From positions 55,267 to 119,266 of the IMG/VR virus record IMGVR_UViG_3300033153_010139: a DNA stretch of 64,000 nucleotides; one strand, written 5' to 3'. The stretch is from a virus. Shown here in pieces: positions 19,342-28,927 of this stretch. The notes under the pieces are model-generated. The model saw only the letters and a list, made by a program, of their open reading frames with translations, did no database searches and was not told where the DNA came from. The stretch's first letter is position 1. Each line of letters starts with the position of its first letter. A program made the translations under genes and the position numbers.

Positions 19342-20363
19342 GCATCAGCAGGGAGACGTGCCAGGCGGTCATCTTGGGAGCAGGTTGTGGCGATGCTCTC
19401 GGAGCGCCGACCGAGTTCCACCACATGGACAGCATTCGGCGCCAGTTCGGCCAGGACGGGATCCAGGAGCTGGTGCAGACGTCCGGCCGGTACACCGACG
19501 ACACGGCGATGTTGATCGCGCTGGCCGAGGGCCTGCTCGATGCGCACGGAGGCGCCCAGAGCTGGCGCGGCTACCCCGAAGCCCCAATGACCAGCCCGGA
19601 CTTCGTGATGCCCTACGTCGCCAGGAGTTTCGTCGAGTGGTCCAACTCCGACCAGACCGGCCGCGCTCCCGGCAACACCTGCCTGGGCGGCTGCCGCAAC
19701 ATGGAGAAGGGCATGTCCTGGCGCGAATCCGGGATCGCCCGCTCGAAGGGCTGCGGCGGGATCATGCGGGTGGCCCCCGTCGGGCTGGTCTACTCCGACG
19801 CCGGGGATGTCCTGAAGATCGCCCAAGCGCAGTGCACCTGCACACACGGACACCCGTCCGCCTACCAGGCTGCGCAGCTCGGGGCACTCGCTGTCCACCT
19901 GCTCGCGCGTCGCGGGCTCCCGGCATCCGACCTGCTCGAAACGCTCCGCGAGACGCTGGCCGTGATGCCCGACCCCGACCCCACGCTGACCGACCTGCTC
20001 TGGCGCGTCCGCGGGGCCCTCGATCTGGTCCACACAGGCAAGGCCGGGCCGCACGAGGTCCAGCAACACATGGCCGGCGGCCCCAAGAACCTGGGCGAGA
20101 GCTGGCACGGCGACGAGGCGCTGGCGTCGTCGCTGTTCTGCTTCCTGCTCGCGCACGAGGCCGGCGAGGGCTACATCGAGACCGTGCGCTACGGCGCCAA
20201 CACCGACGGCGACAGCGATTCGATCGCAACGATCGCGGGCGGCATGGCCGGAGCCTACTGGGGGCTGGGCGAGAAGGGCGTGCCCCAGAGCTGGATCGAC
20301 CAGGTCGAGAGTGCCGACTACCTGCTGACGCTGGCCGACCGGCTCCACGCGGCGGCGCTGTGA
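19338..20363 (+). CDS. ADP-ribosylglycohydrolase (DraG/ARH family)
   Basis: GDALGAPTEF, YTDDT, G.IMRVAP, THGHP, GDSDSIATIAG. Confidence 0.9.
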   Translation: MSISRETCQAVILGAGCGDALGAPTEFHHMDSIRRQFGQDGIQELVQTSGRYTDDTAMLIALAEGLLDAHGGAQSWRGYPEAPMTSPDFVMPYVARSFVEWSNSDQTGRAPGNTCLGGCRNMEKGMSWRESGIARSKGCGGIMRVAPVGLVYSDAGDVLKIAQAQCTCTHGHPSAYQAAQLGALAVHLLARRGLPASDLLETLRETLAVMPDPDPTLTDLLWRVRGALDLVHTGKAGPHEVQQHMAGGPKNLGESWHGDEALASSLFCFLLAHEAGEGYIETVRYGANTDGDSDSIATIAGGMAGAYWGLGEKGVPQSWIDQVESADYLLTLADRLHAAAL

Positions 20364-20773
20364 AGCTGATCGACCTCACCGGCTCGGATCGCCGGTTGCG
20401 CGTCCGACGCGTGAACGAGGAAAGCCTGGCGCGCTACGTGGCTGCCGAGGCGCGCAAGGATGACACGTGGGTCGTCGATGTCCGGCACGGCGGCACGGTG
20501 GCCAACGCCTACGGCTACCCCGCCGAGACCGAATGCGCGCTGGCGGTCGCCAGCCCGGCCGGGTTGGTGATCGTCTGGCTCGCGCGGGCCAGCGCCAACG
20601 CGACGACCGAGCGGGGTGCGGCCGAAGCGTGCCTGCTGGGCGCCGGTGACCTGTGGGACGGCCGCGTCAAGCGCGAGGAGCGCAAGGACGCGGCGTGGGA
20701 GCTGATCAAGGCGACCTTCGCCGAGGAGATGCCGGTCGTAGACCAGCTCGCATCGCTCGTGGGGGCGGCATGA
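20360..20773 (+). CDS. Hypothetical protein with C-terminal tag (PVVDQLASLV)
   Basis: GTGA overlap with upstream stop. Confidence 0.65.
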   Translation: MKLIDLTGSDRRLRVRRVNEESLARYVAAEARKDDTWVVDVRHGGTVANAYGYPAETECALAVASPAGLVIVWLARASANATTERGAAEACLLGAGDLWDGRVKREERKDAAWELIKATFAEEMPVVDQLASLVGAA

Positions 20774-20949
20774 AGCGCGAACGGTGCGGTACTGCGCTCG
20801 TGGTCGAGCGCTACGGCGGCGGTCAGCGCTGGCACTGCCCAACCTGCGACAAGCGCTGGAACGACCGCCACATGACGGTAGTCACGTGGACCAACAGCGC
20901 GCCGCCGGCCGGCCGCCACTGCGCCAACTCGCGAAGGAGCTACCGGTGA
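20770..20949 (+). CDS. Small Cys-containing hypothetical protein
   Basis: ATGA overlap; CPTC. Confidence 0.5.
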   Translation: MKRERCGTALVVERYGGGQRWHCPTCDKRWNDRHMTVVTWTNSAPPAGRHCANSRRSYR

Positions 20950-21293
20950 CCGGGCCCGGCGAGACTGTGGAGCTGCTGCCCCCGTGGCCGCACGGCGCGA
21001 CCGGAACGGTGGTACGTGCCGAGGACGATGGGCGCATCGCCGTGCGGTTCGACTGCCGGTCAGCGCTGCCGCCCGACAAGCAGGTCATCCTGGTCTACCC
21101 CCAGGACATCAGGCCATGCCTCGATCCGCGCAAGAACGCCCGCCGGTTCGAGCTGATCAACAAGGAGATGGACGACGGGGAACTGACCGCCGAGGAGGCG
21201 ACCGAGCTGGAGAGCCTGGAGCAGTGGTGCGACGAGGCGATGGACAAGATCTGCCCGCTGCCCGAGCCGCCAGCGATTGGAGGAGAGGAATGA
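20946..21293 (+). CDS. Hypothetical protein (SH3/KOW-like N-terminus)
   Basis: GTGA overlap; 'GATGTVV'. Confidence 0.55.
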   Translation: MTGPGETVELLPPWPHGATGTVVRAEDDGRIAVRFDCRSALPPDKQVILVYPQDIRPCLDPRKNARRFELINKEMDDGELTAEEATELESLEQWCDEAMDKICPLPEPPAIGGEE

Positions 21294-22114
21294 CCAAGGT
21301 CGCAGTCATCGGAGATGTCCACGGGCACGCCACCCAGCTGCTGGCCGCGCTCGATCGCGTGGAGACCGAAGGCGTGGATCGCATCATCCTGCTGGGCGAC
21401 TTGATCGACCGGGGCACCGGCTCGATGGCGTGCCTACGGCTCGCGCAGACGCGAACCTTCCGGGCGCGCAACGGACGGCGCTACAGCCTGGAGATCGTCA
21501 AAGGCAATCACGAGGACGCCTACGTCCGACTCGCGGACGGAATCCCCAAGCCGGGGCGGGATCGCGTTTCGCCGGCAGAATCGCACCCGTTCTACGGGCG
21601 CCTGACCGCGGACGATCTGGCCTGGATGCGCGGCCTGCCGCACTACATCCGCGTTGACGAGCTGAACGTGACCTGCCTGCACGGCGGCGTCACGCCCTTC
21701 CAGTTCGATCTGGACGTGGCCGGACCTTGGGTCCTGCGCGCACGCTACCTGAGCGACGAGGGCCACGCGCTGGTCTCGACCATGTCCAGCGAATGGTTCT
21801 GGGCCGACACCTACAACGGGCGGTTCGGCACGATCGTGTTCGGCCACGAGGGGCACACGCTGCCGACCCGCTACCCGCACGCCATCGCGCTCGACGGCGA
21901 GGGCTTCGGGCGGCTGCACGGCGTGATCCTCTCCGACGAGCCGAACGACAAGCCGGAGGCCGCTTTCACGATCGCCTACGGCTCGCGAAGGGTCGTCAAC
22001 CACAAGCGCCTGTCCGAGCGCCCCATGCGGGTGCACGGCGGTTGGCGCCGAGACGCTCGGCTGCGGGAAGCGCAGAAGCGCACAGCACAACGCCTGCTCT
22101 GGGGGAATGCGTGA
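21290..22114 (+). CDS. Metallophosphoesterase (PPP/PrpA-ApaH-like)
   Basis: GDVHG, GDLIDRG, GNHE, HGG. Confidence 0.85.
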   Translation: MTKVAVIGDVHGHATQLLAALDRVETEGVDRIILLGDLIDRGTGSMACLRLAQTRTFRARNGRRYSLEIVKGNHEDAYVRLADGIPKPGRDRVSPAESHPFYGRLTADDLAWMRGLPHYIRVDELNVTCLHGGVTPFQFDLDVAGPWVLRARYLSDEGHALVSTMSSEWFWADTYNGRFGTIVFGHEGHTLPTRYPHAIALDGEGFGRLHGVILSDEPNDKPEAAFTIAYGSRRVVNHKRLSERPMRVHGGWRRDARLREAQKRTAQRLLWGNA

Positions 22115-22650
22115 CGAGAAGGTACCGGAAGCCGAAGATCTTCACCGAAGACCCTGACCAAATGGCGGCCATGCGCCGCTGCGGCCAGTGCACGGCGTGC
22201 TGCACGTGCCCGAGCTTGAGCGTGCCCGACTGCAAGCGCCTCGACGCGCACTGCGTGCACCTGCGCCGCGGGCGCGCGAAGGCGAGATGCCCAGGGTGCG
22301 CCATCTACGACGCGAAGCCGGGCAACTGCCAGGACTACGCCTGCTTCTGGCGGCTGGGGATGCTCGGCCGACACGAGCGCCCGGACAAGCTGGGCATCAT
22401 CTTCGACACGGCGGCGCCGACGGTGCAGAAGGTGATCGCGGCAGCTGGCGTGCCGGTCGTGCTCGCGCGAGAGACCTACCCGGGCTCGTCCAACAACTCG
22501 CGCACGAAGATAGCGATCCTCGCCATGGCGGACAGCTTCGGCGTGATCCGCGTCGGCGTTGCGGCCGGTCCGATCGTTCACGCGGCGACGCAGGAGATTA
22601 CCGACAAGGTCATCGCGGCCATCGAAGCGGTGGAAGCGGAGAGCGCATGA
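22111..22650 (+). CDS. YkgJ-like Cys-cluster protein
   Basis: CGQCTACC ... C.IY..KP..C.DY.C.W. Confidence 0.7.
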   Translation: MTRRYRKPKIFTEDPDQMAAMRRCGQCTACCTCPSLSVPDCKRLDAHCVHLRRGRAKARCPGCAIYDAKPGNCQDYACFWRLGMLGRHERPDKLGIIFDTAAPTVQKVIAAAGVPVVLARETYPGSSNNSRTKIAILAMADSFGVIRVGVAAGPIVHAATQEITDKVIAAIEAVEAESA

Positions 22651-23039
22651 TCGAGCGCCGGGTGATCTACGACGAGACCGACGTCAAGCTCGTGATGCGC
22701 TTCGCGCAGGAGAACAAGAAGGGCGAGGTCGTCGAGCGCCGTTACGCCGCCCGGCGCAGCGCTGGCGGGAAACACGAGTGGTACGTCACCTTGACCCCCT
22801 CTCGGGCGTACGGGTTCGATGACGTGGCCTGGGCGCGGCGCTACTCGAAGATCGTCAAGCGGTTCAAAGAGTTCGCGGAGGGCGCCCACGGCAAGGGCTG
22901 GAGGACGGAGGTCGTCGAGATGACCGACCGCCGCGTCAGGACGCGCGAGATCAAACAGCTCTACCCGGTCGTAGACGCGATCGAGGCTCTGGCGGACCTG
23001 GGACGCGCGACGAACAAGAGAATCGCAGGAGGAGTCTGA
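22647..23039 (+). CDS. Hypothetical protein with tag (DAIEALADLG)
   Basis: ATGA overlap. Confidence 0.65.
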   Translation: MIERRVIYDETDVKLVMRFAQENKKGEVVERRYAARRSAGGKHEWYVTLTPSRAYGFDDVAWARRYSKIVKRFKEFAEGAHGKGWRTEVVEMTDRRVRTREIKQLYPVVDAIEALADLGRATNKRIAGGV

Positions 23040-23572
23040 TGGGGAGGCGTATCGGTCGTGGCACGAAACGACTGCGCGAGCGGCAACGAGCGGAGCGCGT
23101 CGCGTGTCGCACTAAGCACGACGCGTGCATGAAGGAACTGGCAGAGAGGGACAAGCGAGACAGTGAGGCCGCGCGAGTTGCCCAGGTGAAGGCCGCCGCT
23201 CAGGCGAAGATAGATCGGGCAAGGGCTAAGGAACTGACCGACCGGCTCGGGGCCTTGGGCTTCAAGATCGGCGTGATCCGGGCGTGCGCTTTGCCCGACC
23301 TCTCGCCTCGCAACATCTACACTCTCGATGAAAGCGAGCTGGAGAGGCTGGTTGCCGCGCTAATCGAGCGCCGCACGCCGCGCGGCGGTGTGATGCGGCT
23401 CCCGCGGGCGCTGGCGCCGCGCGTCGGCACCAGGCCGGGGATGATCGGCCGGTTCATCTGCAAGCTCGCTGGACACCCGCCAGGTCCGGTCTGGCGGGGA
23501 GTTCCGCCGGACGGGGAGGGCGCCGACCTCCGATGCCGGGCTTGTGGGGGCGTTGTCCGCCAACCGGGGTAG
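23039..23572 (+). CDS. Hypothetical protein
   Basis: GGAGG RBS; TGATG overlap. Confidence 0.55.
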   Translation: MGRRIGRGTKRLRERQRAERVACRTKHDACMKELAERDKRDSEAARVAQVKAAAQAKIDRARAKELTDRLGALGFKIGVIRACALPDLSPRNIYTLDESELERLVAALIERRTPRGGVMRLPRALAPRVGTRPGMIGRFICKLAGHPPGPVWRGVPPDGEGADLRCRACGGVVRQPG

Positions 23573-23592
23573 AACAACTGCGGAGGCCGACC

Positions 23593-24276
23593 ATGAGCAA
23601 GCCACGCGTTCTCGTCATTGGCGGTAAGCGTAAGAACATTCCGGCTTGGGCCGATGCCGCCTTCGAGATCGTGCTGTTAGAGCAGGAGGGGCCGAAGGCG
23701 CGTATCGAGCCGCCCGAGGCGCCGTGTTCCGCGATCGTGATCTACACGGGGGCCGTCTCGCACCAGCACTCCGGGCAGGCGCACGAGATGGGCTCCACGT
23801 GGGACGTGCCGGTGCTCAAGGCGCGCGACGGTTGGAGTACCGCTGTCCAGCAGGCCGCGCAAATCGGCGCTACGTGGTTCGTGGACGCCGTGCAGACCGG
23901 CGCCGCGGCCATCAGCGACAAGAACCCGCCGCGCGCTGAAGAGGCCGCCAAGATCGTGGACAACGCTTGGCGCGATCACGCCGAGCAGGAGGCCGCCAGG
24001 AGCGACGGCCTGGAGAAGCGGCTACGCAAAGTTCAGGTCAAGCTCGACAAGGCCAACGAGGTGATCGCCCGCCTGCGGTCTGGCGCAGAGGAGCGGATCC
24101 TCTCCGAGATCAGGCGGCGTGCGGCAGAGGTGCGCCAGGAGCGGGAAGGGCTGAAGACCGAGAAGCGCATCGTGCACGGCATCACGCAGGATTTGGCCAG
24201 CTGGCTCGGCAAGGCCGCCGACCTGCACGCTCATCTGAAAGAGGTCGAGGCGCGCTTGCAGGACGAGGTAGACTGA
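23593..24276 (+). CDS. DUF2325-like protein with coiled-coil tail
   Basis: 'VLVIGG...IVIYTGAVSH...WDVPV'; GGAGG RBS; GGGTAGAAC upstream. Confidence 0.6.
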   Translation: MSKPRVLVIGGKRKNIPAWADAAFEIVLLEQEGPKARIEPPEAPCSAIVIYTGAVSHQHSGQAHEMGSTWDVPVLKARDGWSTAVQQAAQIGATWFVDAVQTGAAAISDKNPPRAEEAAKIVDNAWRDHAEQEAARSDGLEKRLRKVQVKLDKANEVIARLRSGAEERILSEIRRRAAEVRQEREGLKTEKRIVHGITQDLASWLGKAADLHAHLKEVEARLQDEVD

Positions 24277-24283
24277 CCCGACC

Positions 24284-26647
24284 ATGGGCGAGCCTTACCT
24301 GAACGTTGTTGGCGTCGGAGACGCTCTGGAGTACCTGCGTCGCGTTCCCGACAGTTCCATCGACTCGTGCGTGGCGGACGCTCCGTACGGATTGGGCACG
24401 CCGCCGATACCGCAGGAGGTCATGTTCTTCTGGATGCGGGGCAAGGACTATAACGCCAAAGGCACCGGCTTCATGGAGGCGTCGTGGGACGCGTTCGTTC
24501 CGGGACCGCCGATCTGGAAAGAGGTCTACCGCGTTCTGAAGCCCGGCGCCTGGTGCCTGGTGTTCTTCGGCACGCGCACCTACGACTGGGGCGCGATGGC
24601 GATGCGGTTCGCCGGGTTCGAGGTGCAGGACTGCGCCTCTTGGATCTTCGGATCGGGCTTCCCCAAATCGCTGAACGTCTCGAAGGCCATCGACGCGCAC
24701 CTGGTCTCCGGCTACAGCGACTCCCATGCGCTGAAGCACGCGAACGACAACGTTCGCACCGGCGAGGGCCGGGAGCGCGCGAGCACGCACAACCGCGGAA
24801 TCTCAAGCCACGACGAGCGCGGCGGCAGGACCATTCGCGACGAGCCCGCGACTGAGGACGGCAAGCGCTGGCAGGGCTGGGGCACGGCAATGAAACCGGC
24901 CCAGGAGCTTGTCGCGATGGCGCGCAAGCCGTTCGACGGTACCTACGCCGAGCACGTGCTGGAGCACGGCACGGGCGCGTTGAACATCGACGCGAGTCGC
25001 ATTGCCGCCAGCGATCCGGTGAACTTCCAGTTCGGACCTTCCGAGAGCTTGGGGCATGGCTCGTTCAAGATGGCCGACTCGACGGACGCCAAACGCGCGA
25101 ACACGCTGTGGGAGAACACGCAGGGGAGGTGGCCAACGAACGTCCTCTTCCAGCACCTGCCCGAGTGCCAGCTGGTCGGCACGAAACGCGTGGCGACTGG
25201 AACGGCGGTGAAGCGGAATCTGCCACCCGAGGGCGCGAGCCGGCGGGTCGGCAACAAGGCACGCACGCAACGCGGCGATGACATTACCTACGCCGACGCG
25301 GACGGCAAAGAGGCCATCGAGGAATGGGACTGCGCGCCGGGTTGCCCGGTCGGCGAGCTAGATCGGCAGAGCGGCGTCAGCAGCTCAACCGGCGGTACCG
25401 GCGAGGCCAGCAAACGAACCGCGGGCAGCGGTAGCGTCTTCCAGCGCCCGAGTAACACGGGCGGATTTGGCGATACCGGCGGCGCCAGCAGGTTCTTTCT
25501 GACGCTGCCAGCGACGGTTGACCAATCGGGTTCTTCTATGCACGATGAAGCACAGGAGACGCTATGCAACGATCGTGCGAGCAGTGCGCCGGAACGTTCG
25601 ACGCCAGGCCGTCGGCAGTTGCACGAGGTTACGGGCGGTTCTGTACCAGGCAATGCGCCGGACTCGCGCGACGCGGTCGAGGGCGAGTTGACGCCTGGAG
25701 ATATTTCAGCAAGCGCGATGGGCGCTGGTACCGAAAATGGCGGGAACCCGGCTCGCGGAAGCTCCGCTCCCAGCTCGAAAACCGCTGGATCTGGGAGCAA
25801 GCGCACGGCGCTATCCCCGAGGGGCACGAAGTCCATCACCGGAACGGGCGCCAAACCGACAACACCCCCTCCAACCTCCAGCTCGTCACAGAAGCATGGC
25901 ACGACAACTATCACCAGCGACGACGAGAGGCGCACCGTAACAAGAACGGGCACGAGGAGAGACGCTGCCAGTGCTGCAAGCGATGGAAGCGCCTCAACCA
26001 CTTCAGCATTCGCCGGGCCGGAACCTACCATGGCTACTGCAAGCCCTGCGCCCGCCGGAAGCTCCAAGAGTGGCGTGCCGCGAACCGAGAACACCACAAC
26101 GCCTACATGCGAGCCTACCGTCGAAGACAAGCTCGCCTCTAGCCCCCGCTTCTTCTACCACGCGAAGGCGGCGAACAAGGAGCGCTGGTCCTACTGCCGC
26201 ACCTGCAAGATCGCGTTCCAGCACAGTCGCGAGCGCTTCAAGGAGCACGAAGCGCACAAGGACGAGGTCATCTCGCACCCAACTCAAAAGCCGCTCAAGC
26301 TCATGGAGTACCTGGTCCGGCTGGTCACGCAACCCGGCGGCGTCGTGCTTGATCCTTTCTGTGGTACCGGATCGACGCCGGTGGCAGCCAGACGGCTCGG
26401 GCTCAACTTCGTGACCTGTGACCTGGACGAGGACTACACGCACATCGCGCGCGCCAGGCTGGGGCAGATCGGTCGAGAGGCCGAGTCAGCGCTTACCTCC
26501 GGCGCCTACTTCTGCCCCGGCTGCAAGGCAAAGGGCGAGATCAAGCTGATCGCCCGGGAGGCCGTAGAGCGCATGCGCAAGCGCGGCAAGAAGACGACCT
26601 GCGTGAAGTGCATGGAGCGATACACCTACGAGGAGCTGGTCACGTGA
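24284..26647 (+). CDS. N4/N6 DNA methyltransferase carrying a ~219-codon in-frame insertion
   Basis: DAPYGL (motif IV variant), GSGFPKS, HPTQKP, VLDPFCGTGST. Confidence 0.85.
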   Translation: MGEPYLNVVGVGDALEYLRRVPDSSIDSCVADAPYGLGTPPIPQEVMFFWMRGKDYNAKGTGFMEASWDAFVPGPPIWKEVYRVLKPGAWCLVFFGTRTYDWGAMAMRFAGFEVQDCASWIFGSGFPKSLNVSKAIDAHLVSGYSDSHALKHANDNVRTGEGRERASTHNRGISSHDERGGRTIRDEPATEDGKRWQGWGTAMKPAQELVAMARKPFDGTYAEHVLEHGTGALNIDASRIAASDPVNFQFGPSESLGHGSFKMADSTDAKRANTLWENTQGRWPTNVLFQHLPECQLVGTKRVATGTAVKRNLPPEGASRRVGNKARTQRGDDITYADADGKEAIEEWDCAPGCPVGELDRQSGVSSSTGGTGEASKRTAGSGSVFQRPSNTGGFGDTGGASRFFLTLPATVDQSGSSMHDEAQETLCNDRASSAPERSTPGRRQLHEVTGGSVPGNAPDSRDAVEGELTPGDISASAMGAGTENGGNPARGSSAPSSKTAGSGSKRTALSPRGTKSITGTGAKPTTPPPTSSSSQKHGTTTITSDDERRTVTRTGTRRDAASAASDGSASTTSAFAGPEPTMATASPAPAGSSKSGVPRTENTTTPTCEPTVEDKLASSPRFFYHAKAANKERWSYCRTCKIAFQHSRERFKEHEAHKDEVISHPTQKPLKLMEYLVRLVTQPGGVVLDPFCGTGSTPVAARRLGLNFVTCDLDEDYTHIARARLGQIGREAESALTSGAYFCPGCKAKGEIKLIAREAVERMRKRGKKTTCVKCMERYTYEELVT
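25564..26142 (+). CDS. HNH endonuclease nested in an alternative frame of the methyltransferase gene
   Basis: AGGAG RBS; 'GRFCTRQC', 'HHRNGRQTDNTPSNLQLVTEAWHDNYH', CxxC pairs. Confidence 0.8.
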   Translation: MQRSCEQCAGTFDARPSAVARGYGRFCTRQCAGLARRGRGRVDAWRYFSKRDGRWYRKWREPGSRKLRSQLENRWIWEQAHGAIPEGHEVHHRNGRQTDNTPSNLQLVTEAWHDNYHQRRREAHRNKNGHEERRCQCCKRWKRLNHFSIRRAGTYHGYCKPCARRKLQEWRAANREHHNAYMRAYRRRQARL

Positions 26648-26835
26648 GGCTGCGGTGTGAGGGTTGCGGTACGGAGAACTCCTACAGCGGGTGGCACGAG
26701 CATGGGACGCTGCCGGGCGCCGTACTCTGCACATGCTGCCACTACGCGAGCTGGCCGGAACCGTGCCCGTGCGGCGACTGCGGACCGGCGAACGCCATCG
26801 ACGCTCTTGGCGATCTTGTGAGGACCGGCGCGTGA
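26644..26835 (+). CDS. Small Zn-finger protein with C-terminal tag (NAIDALGDLV)
   Basis: GTGA overlap; several CxxC. Confidence 0.6.
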   Translation: MRLRCEGCGTENSYSGWHEHGTLPGAVLCTCCHYASWPEPCPCGDCGPANAIDALGDLVRTGA

Positions 26836-27599
26836 GGAAGCGGACAGAGGCTCAACGGACCGAGGCGCTTGAGACGGGGATTTACCACGGCAATGCTCTG
26901 CAGCTCCTCAAGCACCTGCCGCCGAACAGCATCGATCTGTTGCTTACGGACCCCCCGTACAACACGTCCAAGGCGAACAACTTCCACACGATGGGCCGCA
27001 CCGGCATCAACTTCTCGTGGGACGGCGGCTTCGACCAGGTCACGTGGCTGCGGCTCGCCGACCCGGCGCTCAGGCCCGGCGCCAACGTGGTGATCTGGAA
27101 CGACTGGAAAAACCTCGGGCTGATCGCCGCCGCGCTGGAGCAGCTGGGCTACGACATCAAGCGCGACATTTCCTGGTGGAAGAGTAATCCGATGCCGCGC
27201 AACATCAGGCGGTCGATGGTCCAGCGAAACGAGCACGGCTTTTGGGCCGTGAAGCGAGGAGCTAAGTGGACCTTCAACCCGGAGCCCGGTCGGCCATACG
27301 AAGACGGCGTGTATCGCTACCCGATCCCGCGCGGATCTTCCGGCGCGGGCCGCGAACGGCACGAGACGAAAAAACCGGACGACATGTTCCGGGCGATCAT
27401 CCGACTCTTGAGCAACCCGCTCGACCGGGTGCTTGATCCGTTCGTCGGCGGTGGCACAGCCGCGTACGCGGCAGAGGCCGAAGGGCGCAGACACATCAGC
27501 TTTGAGCTTTCGGCGAAGTGGTACGCCGAGGCGCGCATACACCTGCTGGGGGCTCCGTCGGTTTCGGCGGTAGACCAGCTCGCTCAGATCGCACTGTAG
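26832..27599 (+). CDS. N4/N6 DNA methyltransferase (beta class) with C-terminal tag (SAVDQLAQIA)
   Basis: TDPPY, HETKKP, VLDPFVGGGT. Confidence 0.9.
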   Translation: MRKRTEAQRTEALETGIYHGNALQLLKHLPPNSIDLLLTDPPYNTSKANNFHTMGRTGINFSWDGGFDQVTWLRLADPALRPGANVVIWNDWKNLGLIAAALEQLGYDIKRDISWWKSNPMPRNIRRSMVQRNEHGFWAVKRGAKWTFNPEPGRPYEDGVYRYPIPRGSSGAGRERHETKKPDDMFRAIIRLLSNPLDRVLDPFVGGGTAAYAAEAEGRRHISFELSAKWYAEARIHLLGAPSVSAVDQLAQIAL

Positions 27600-27610
27600 A
27601 GGCACCATCC

Positions 27611-28348
27611 GTGGACAACAACCGCCAGCTCATTCAGGAAATCGACATCAACGCCGTCATGGCGGCACTCCCCCATCTGCGCGATGCCCGTGGCAAGTTC
27701 ATCGGTATCGAGGCCAACATCGGCGCTGGAAAAACAGAGGCTTGCAACATGCTCTCGCGCATCCGGCAGGCGCACGACGGGCCGGCGATGGTCCTGTTCG
27801 AGCCGCTCATGGGCCGGTTCAAGGAGCTGCTCGGGCGCTACTACCAGGACCCGGCGCGCTGGGGTTTCACCTTCCAGATGCACGCGCTGCAAGCGCGGTT
27901 CCGGCAGCACACGCTCGCGGCCGAGCTGACCGCCAACGGCATCGACGTGGTGCAGGACCGCACGATCTACGCTGACGGGTGCTTCGGCATGACGGTCCGC
28001 GAAGACCACAACATGGACGAGGAGGAGTGGGGGATCTACGCCGACACGTTCGGGTGCATGAAGCGCAACCTGCGCTACCCGGACATCATCGTCTACCTCC
28101 GCACCGACCCCGAGACCTGCCATACGCGCATGAAGCGCCGCGCCCGTAGCGAGGAGGCTGGCGTGCCGCTCGACTACTTGCGGAGGATCCACGACAAGCA
28201 CGAGATGCTGGCCGCAGCGATGTCGCGCTACACGCGCGTTCTCATCGCGGACTGGGATGAGTACGGCGACATCGAGTCGCTGAACAGTAAGATCAACCGC
28301 GTCCTTCAGGAAGACCGACCTTTTCTTCGCGACTGGAACGGCGTATAG
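27611..28348 (+). CDS. Deoxynucleoside kinase
   Basis: IEANIGAGKT, FQ...R, QDRTIY.D, PDIIVYL...R..RRAR.EE. Confidence 0.9.
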   Translation: MDNNRQLIQEIDINAVMAALPHLRDARGKFIGIEANIGAGKTEACNMLSRIRQAHDGPAMVLFEPLMGRFKELLGRYYQDPARWGFTFQMHALQARFRQHTLAAELTANGIDVVQDRTIYADGCFGMTVREDHNMDEEEWGIYADTFGCMKRNLRYPDIIVYLRTDPETCHTRMKRRARSEEAGVPLDYLRRIHDKHEMLAAAMSRYTRVLIADWDEYGDIESLNSKINRVLQEDRPFLRDWNGV

Positions 28349-28357
28349 GAGGCCGAG

Positions 28358-28927
28358 ATGACCACGATCGTCCGCGGCGGGCACGTTCCCGTCATCTTCA
28401 CCTACCGACGCGTGACGAAGCGCCCGGAGATCAAGAGAAGCAAGAGCTTCATCGGCTGGAAGCGTATTGTCGGAACGCTCGTGCACCGGGCGCTCGAATG
28501 GGTCGAGGACTTGGCCTACGAGGCCAACGACGAGGTGCTCGACGCCGGGCGCGAAGAGTCTGTTCACTGGGCGCTGCAGGTCGATGACCCCTGGGGCCCG
28601 CACGAGAACGGGCAGCTGGTCGTGACCCGCGTCCCGGAGAATTTCCGCGGCGGCATGAACTTCGAGATGATCAGGATCGAGGAGCCGCAGACGGAGCAGG
28701 AGCAGGACGAGCGCGCCCGACGGCCCGCCAACTTCGAGCAGGCGCGCTCGCGCATGCGCGACATGATCCAGCGCGAGCAGCAGTTCGTGCCGCCACCGCC
28801 GCCTCAGCAGCCGCAGCCGCAGCGGCCGGAATTCGAGCAGCGGTTCGTGCAGCCGCCGCAGCAGGTACCGCAGTCTCCCGGCTTTGCCCCGCCGGCGCCG
28901 GGCGGCGACGGCAACGGGCGCTCGTGA
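28358..28927 (+). CDS. Hypothetical protein, P/Q-rich tail
   Basis: GGAGG RBS. Confidence 0.6.
   Translation: MTTIVRGGHVPVIFTYRRVTKRPEIKRSKSFIGWKRIVGTLVHRALEWVEDLAYEANDEVLDAGREESVHWALQVDDPWGPHENGQLVVTRVPENFRGGMNFEMIRIEEPQTEQEQDERARRPANFEQARSRMRDMIQREQQFVPPPPPQQPQPQRPEFEQRFVQPPQQVPQSPGFAPPAPGGDGNGRS

Noticed and set aside
23225-23262. Weak tag-like peptides (ELTDRLGALG in 23039; DTEELAALA in 16419; DSLLGALAAV in 34944)
   Set aside because: Too divergent from the consensus; not counted among tagged ORFs.
25499-26155. Intein in the methyltransferase
   Set aside because: No N-terminal Cys/Ser block or C-terminal His-Asn; the nuclease is in a different frame.
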